Shown here: positions 45,701 to 50,498 of the stretch, piece by piece
Layout: every line of letters starts with the position of its first letter
Numbering within the stretch: position 1 is the stretch's first letter
NCBI GenBank assembly: GCA_000708835.1
Contig: DF237570.1
Coordinates: forward strand, 1 to 50,498
Length of the DNA stretch: 50,498 bases
Reading direction: 5' to 3'
From: Klebsormidium nitens
Taxonomy: Eukaryota; Plantae; Klebsormidiophyceae
The notes under the pieces: generated by a model
The model's input: only the letters and a program-made list of their open reading frames with translations
What the model was told of the DNA's origin: nothing
Databases searched by the model: none
Translations under genes and position numbers: made by a program

Positions 45701-47393
45701 ATCTGCCCCATGGAACTGTATGGAACTCGTTGGGGAAAGAGCACAAAGACACAGAAAAGCCCGACACGATTTTCCCAGAATTACCAGTCTCACCTGACAC
45801 GAACCGCTCCGAAATGAGCACCATATGGTGCGGAAACTTTTTCGACATCCCCTCAAACACGTCCCTCACCCCCCCGGGCTGCTCCATCGCCATCTGAAAC
45901 AGCGCCGCGTACGGGCCCGACACTTGCGGGACGTTTTTCGGCCCAACCAGGGGGGACGAAATGACTGAGAGCGATACCCCACAGCGCGGAAAGGCGCTCG
46001 CGACATTGTGTGCGTCGGCGAGCCAGCAGGGGGTGTTGGTTGCCCCGTGTTGAGACCCCAGGGAAGAAGGGGGGCAGCGAAGGGCGGAGGGGAACTTGTG
46101 GGGCTGGGTGGTGCCAATTAAGAGGCAATGGCGGCTGTGGGGGCTAGACATCGGGAGGTCTTTGCACATCTGCGGGGAGGGAAGTGACTAAGTTTAGTCG
46201 TACATGGCATCTGATGGCTGAATACGCGAACAGCCAAAACTAAAGGAATCTTGGTTGCTGCTGCAAACATGAATCTCAGACACTCCAATCCTAGAAGTCT
46301 TGCCTGCTCATAAATGAGGAGAGGAAAGATTTGTACACGGCAGTATGAGTCGCTTGAAAGAATGCACCCAGAGTTCTGATCAAATTGGGACGGATTTGTG
46401 CTTGCCACATGGTAGTGGTGCAATCAGCTCATATGGGAAGTCTTGGCCAAATGGAAGGTTTCAAAGGAACACCCTTGGTGAGCAGACAATCAAGTGTCGA
46501 CTGTGGGGGCTGGACACCTGTAGAAATCTGCACATCTTGGGGCAAGTGGAGAAATATAGAGAATCAAGATAAGTGGAAAGCTTGACGAAGTGTGGGGTTG
46601 AGACAGAACCCGGTCAGTGTTTCCAAGAAAACAGTGGCAACTGTGGGGGCTTGAGAATGGAAGGCCATTGCCCACTTGTGGGGAGGGGTATAGGATACAT
46701 GCAATCAGCCTAGAAAGTTGAGTGGAGTGGACATCCTAACAATATGTGGGGTTTTGTGAAAAGTAGCCTTGGGGAAGAAGCAGGCTATGGGCTTTGACAT
46801 GAAGAGGGCTTGCACATCTGAGAAAGATGGATAACTCTAGATAGAGGCCTATTGATGAGAACAAACATTAAACTCTTGGCACAACTGGTGTTGAGGACTC
46901 ACATGTTGAATTCTGTTCACAGCACTCTCATGAAAGATTGAAGAAGACTGATAAAAGTTGGAACTGAAGGGGCATGTCCGAAGACGCTGCTGAATGAAGA
47001 ATGAATTTGACTGTCAGCGAGCTAGTCATTGCAAACCAGAATAAAGCAGAGAATATAACAAGCTAGTGGCGAAGAGCTCACCGCAAGCCCCTCAGCGAGT
47101 CCCTCAGCAACAGCCGCCTCCGCGCACCCCCCCCCACAAAAGTCAATCCTGCTCAACCACCCGCCAAACTCCTCAACATTGTTCGTCCAGCCAGTCTGCT
47201 GCAGGAGACAACTGCTCTGGAACGAGAGCGTATAGAAAACAACTAGAGCGTACTCGGGGCTTTCTGTGAGGCCCTGAGTGTCTGAAGCCAAGCCTGCAAT
47301 AATTGGGTCTATGTATTCTGAGCGAATGGCGGGCCAGTAGGGGAGCATCACCAGATTGCCCTCCACCACCAGCACCAGCTGATGGGGGGCCAT
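42709..47393 (-). CDS. MED25: Mediator subunit 25 / PFT1 orthologue (~523 aa). Exons (minus): 47393-47082, 46169-45794, 45364-44772, 44338-44244, 43856-43760, 43074-42985, probable last exon 42717-42709
   Basis: VWA domain: QLVLVVEG..PYWPAIRSEYIDPII..EYALVVF..CLLQQTGWT..WLSRIDFCGGG..AVAEGLAEGL, RHCLLIG, CGVSLSVIS, HHMVLISERFV. ACID domain: VRVWAGQL..QGKEVPMCPLE|AF..LTRDWPPKL, IIFKP, GVMVELPRQYMALLYVEDKKKLLGLY. Phases consistent. Confidence 0.9.
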
Positions 47394-47611
47394 AGAGAAG
47401 AAGAGCTGACGCGCAGAGGGGGAAGAAGGACTCCAGGGCGATCTCCTCTGAGCTGGCCCAATGCGACCAGCAAATGGCTTTACATTTGATGGTTAGCAGC
47501 GGCCTGCAGGACACTGCAGGGAGCTTTCAGCCTTTAGCCTGAAGGCTGAAGTTTAGGGCATCATGTGCAGATGCCAGAAGCCTGATCAAGAGAACCCAAG
47601 CCCTAAAAGTT

Positions 47612-47620
47612 AAACCCTAA
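47612..47620 (+). promoter_or_regulatory. Telo-box (AAACCCTAA) ~220 nt upstream of the MED25 start codon
   Basis: Exact aaaccctaa motif; telo-boxes are known plant promoter elements, but the motif is short and occurs elsewhere in the window. Confidence 0.35.
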
Positions 47621-48920
47621 TTTTAAACGCCATATGAAAGGAGGACAGGTTTCCTAAAACCCCCGAAACGTGAGCCGGCGAGACGCGCGCCGCGCGGCCG
47701 CGAAGTCCGAGCCGCCGGCGCGGCCGGCCGGCCTGTATCATAGTATAGGCCGGCGGCGCCCATTGAACCGCGGCCGCGTGGCTCGTGAACTTGGTAGGCC
47801 GGCCAGCGCGGGGCCAGCGCTTTGTTCAGTTCGTGTGGGGGCGCCTTCCACAAACCATCAGGTAAGAACAGCCTCCCGTTTTCCAACTTATTAGTGCGTT
47901 CATATATGTGCTGAATCCAGTGCTGAAAGCTAACGATGTCAGGTTGGCAGGGAACGCCACCTAATCCTGAGTTCATTAGGTTCTTGATCTCATGAACGAA
48001 GTGAGCTTCTCATAGTAAAGACTGGACATGGAGGTACTTTGTCGCTTCGAGGCTTTGTCTGGTCCTTTGGTGTTTTCTGTCCTGGCAATATTAGCACGAC
48101 AACCCGCGCCATTATGTTAGGCCGACACGGTCGCCGGGCAAATTATCAAAAACAGAGAGGTCTGACCAGGGCTTATAGTGTATGCGGGGAATTGCGGCAT
48201 TTCTACAGAGTGCGGAAGCAACACGTTTTTTTCAGCTAAAGCTAGCTGTTTTCCCGGTTGTCAACAATGGGTACAAGATTAATAGGCGACTTGCCTGTTG
48301 TGACTTTCTCGATGAACCAAGGGGCATGTTCCAATAAGAGGCTCGAGTATGTTCAAGCCAGGCTCTTGCTTGAAAGCGCTTCTTTTCTGACTTCTTCAAC
48401 AAAACAACACAGTTTAGGTGCGTTCTATGGAGACCTGGAGTTTGGCTTTTGTAATCTGGTATTGAACAACTGGCAGCCTGCTCTAGCAGACTGTCTCTCT
48501 TCACCAATCGGAGTACTCGCTATGCAGGTGTTTGTGGAGCCCTGCTGTTTTGACAAGGTCGCACCGTGCCTGCTCCGAGCTCCATTCATTGTGCCACATC
48601 AGCCATGGTTGGTAAAAGCTGAACTCGAGGCTCCTTTAACCAAAACTTTACTTAGCTGAAGATTTTGTATACTGTTTGCCACCCTGCAGCCTCTTGAATT
48701 TCCTTATGATGAAACGGTGAAATGTTTGGGCTTCGGATGACCAGCTTTGCGAGCGGGAATATGAGCCCACGAGAAGAGAGAGAGTGCGTTCGTTCTTTCT
48801 CCTGCCTTCTTGTTGCGGGCAGTATTTTTCCTACTGCTGCGTAGACGTCAACCAGTTGCAGAATTACTGCCCGCAGTTGAGAGTAACTTCGGATTGAGGG
48901 AGCGACGATGACTTCGATAA

Positions 48921-49097
48921 CTCTCGTGTGACCTAAGAGCCGTGTGACCTAAGATAGGCACCCGGGGGACGGGTGGGGTTGGTATGGTGGTTAGGGTGGG
49001 TTGGGCTGCGGAGCGGGTGATATTTGCATTAGGTCTTTTAGGTTAAGTGCCCGGGTAACACGTATCTTAGTCAAACGCCCGTTAGGTCACACGAGAG
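48921..49097. mobile_element. MITE-like ~177-bp element with 15-bp terminal inverted repeats
   Basis: ctctcgtgtgaccta (48921-48935) is the exact reverse complement of taggtcacacgagag (49083-49097); a second imperfect inner inverted repeat is present; no clear TSD. Confidence 0.55.
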
Positions 49098-49203
49098 GTA
49101 CTGGTATGCGACGATGACCTACAGTGCCAGTCAGCAGCCCTCCTCCGATCAAAGTCTTCGTCACGGACGCAACTAAAGGTCCGAATACACTGCTTGTCCG
49201 CAG

Positions 49204-50146
49204 ACTTCCGAAGCAGGTTCCAGCATGCCTGGGCCCGTCGCTGACGCCGACACAGAGGCAAAGCACCTCGCCAGCCAGTTTATCGCGGAGGGGTATAGAC
49301 ACGATGACGTGGCCGAGGCGACTGCGAAAGGGGGTTTGACTGCCGGCTATGCGGCGTATCTCGACAAGTACAAAGACACGCGTCTTACCGCCCGAAAGAA
49401 GGACGGAGTGAGCGTCCGCAGGTCTGATTGGGCAAAAGCGCCTGACTCAGAGGTGAGCGTGAAATTTGTCTGGCAACTCTCAGTGTGTGTATATGAATCA
49501 AGAAAAGCGCCCGGGAGACGGGGGGTTTAGTTTGGTGGTTAGGGTGGGTTTTCGTGCGGAGCGCATGATCTTAATTTCAGGTCCGCTCGGTCTTGATTCA
49601 AACGCCCGTGGTTCATGCGAAAGTTGCAAGTATTAAAAATCTCTTTCCTACCCTTTCGCTGAGTAGCTAGGATGACATGTATATCCGACCGTCTAGCAAC
49701 GGGCGCAGAACACTCCCCGCGGCGGAAAGAAAGGATCACAAGAACGCGGCAGGTTGACCACCGTACTTCGAAACAATCAAGACGTTATAGCGAAAAAGTA
49801 GGGCGTGAAAGCTCAACGTCAAGAACCCACTTACTCTTGTCGACTCGGATCCTTAACAGACTTAAAGCACTTTGGCTAAAAGGCAGGAGCCAAACTTCAA
49901 GCATTTGATTCTGGTGGCTCACCATATATTGAAACGGTTTCAATCCTGGGCGACTTGTTGAATCCTTGTGTTGCTTCCGGCCCTTCGACCGCATTGGGTC
50001 AGTCGCATTTTCACTGCCTTTGTCGGCGATTTTGCCCTGTGCTTAATATCTACTCAGAACACATTGCAGAAAGATGCTGAGAGTCAGCCTGCGAATCAGG
50101 CTACCATCCTTTTCGCAGGAGTACAAGCGACGGCAGGCGAGCTTTG
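49204..50146 (+). CDS. Putative internal exons (49204-49452, 50119-50146) of an unidentified gene that continues beyond the window
   Basis: gtccgcag|ACT...GAG|gtgag gives an 83-codon open exon (TSEAGSSMPGPVADADTEAKHLASQFIAEGY...DWAKAPDSE); tttcgcag|GAG TAC AAG CGA CGG CAG GCG AGC TTT G|gtga continues in phase. No homology recognised. Confidence 0.4.
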
Positions 50147-50440
50147 GTGAAAGCTACCTGGCACATCTTAGGCGAGCACACCAGTCACCTTGCAATGTAA
50201 GTACTCAGGCCCAGCAGTTGGTCAAGTGACTGCTTTGCTCCTTGTATTAGAGAGCTGCCGCTAGCAGGAACACGGGACCAGCAATGTGACGAAGTCATTT
50301 TTCAACAAGTGAGCTGGCGGTCTTTTGACGAAGCGTTAATATAGCAAAAGAAGCTCTAGCAAAAGTACGCTGACCAGCCTGCTGGGGACGGGTGGGGTTA
50401 GCTTGGGGGTTTAGGGTGGATACGGGTGGGTTTGGTTTTC
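49509..50440 (+). repeat. Two degenerate copies (49509-49615, 50383-50440) of the G-rich core of the 48921-49097 element
   Basis: Shared gggacgggtggggtt..tggtggttagggtgggtt..gcggagcg core; tcaaacgcccgt shared by the first two copies. Confidence 0.7.
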
Positions 50441-50498
50441 AGTGTAAGTGTAGGAGCAAATTTTGATCGAGCTGACTTTTGCTAATGTCACGATGTAT

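Noticed and set aside
13725-47620. Scattered aaaccct/ttaggg words as interstitial telomere arrays
   Set aside because: They are isolated single units, not tandem arrays.
1-50498. tRNA, rRNA, snRNA genes, or transposase/reverse-transcriptase coding regions
   Set aside because: I recognised none by eye; a covariance-model (tRNAscan-SE/Infernal) and repeat-protein search would be needed to exclude them formally.

Overview
Eukaryotic, intron-rich nuclear DNA. The homologue set (TNO1-like golgin, plant-type Smr protein, PFT1/MED25) and gene style suggest a streptophyte alga such as Klebsormidium (inference). I assembled five spliced genes by hand from splice signals and reading-frame phase: (1) a ~3,730-aa tail-anchored coiled-coil golgin/TNO1-like gene (609-17403+); (2) a secreted dienelactone-hydrolase-family gene (19213-23529, -); (3) a CUE-like/DUF1771/Smr protein (25468-28954+, last exon unresolved); (4) a 1,199-aa protein with three TZF/Unkempt-type CCCH fingers, a long R/S/G-rich region, a KH-like fold, a degenerate PARP catalytic domain and a C-terminal CCVIL prenylation box (32032-40048+); (5) a short MED25/PFT1 (42709-47393, -). 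A MITE-like repeat family and orphan exons lie at the right end. The top candidate is gene 4, whose architecture parallels the mammalian zinc-finger antiviral protein ZAP-L/PARP13 (CCCH + pseudo-PARP + CaaX). A second theme is that all five genes carry intronic tandem copies of their own splice junctions. Homology calls are from motif recall, not database searches.
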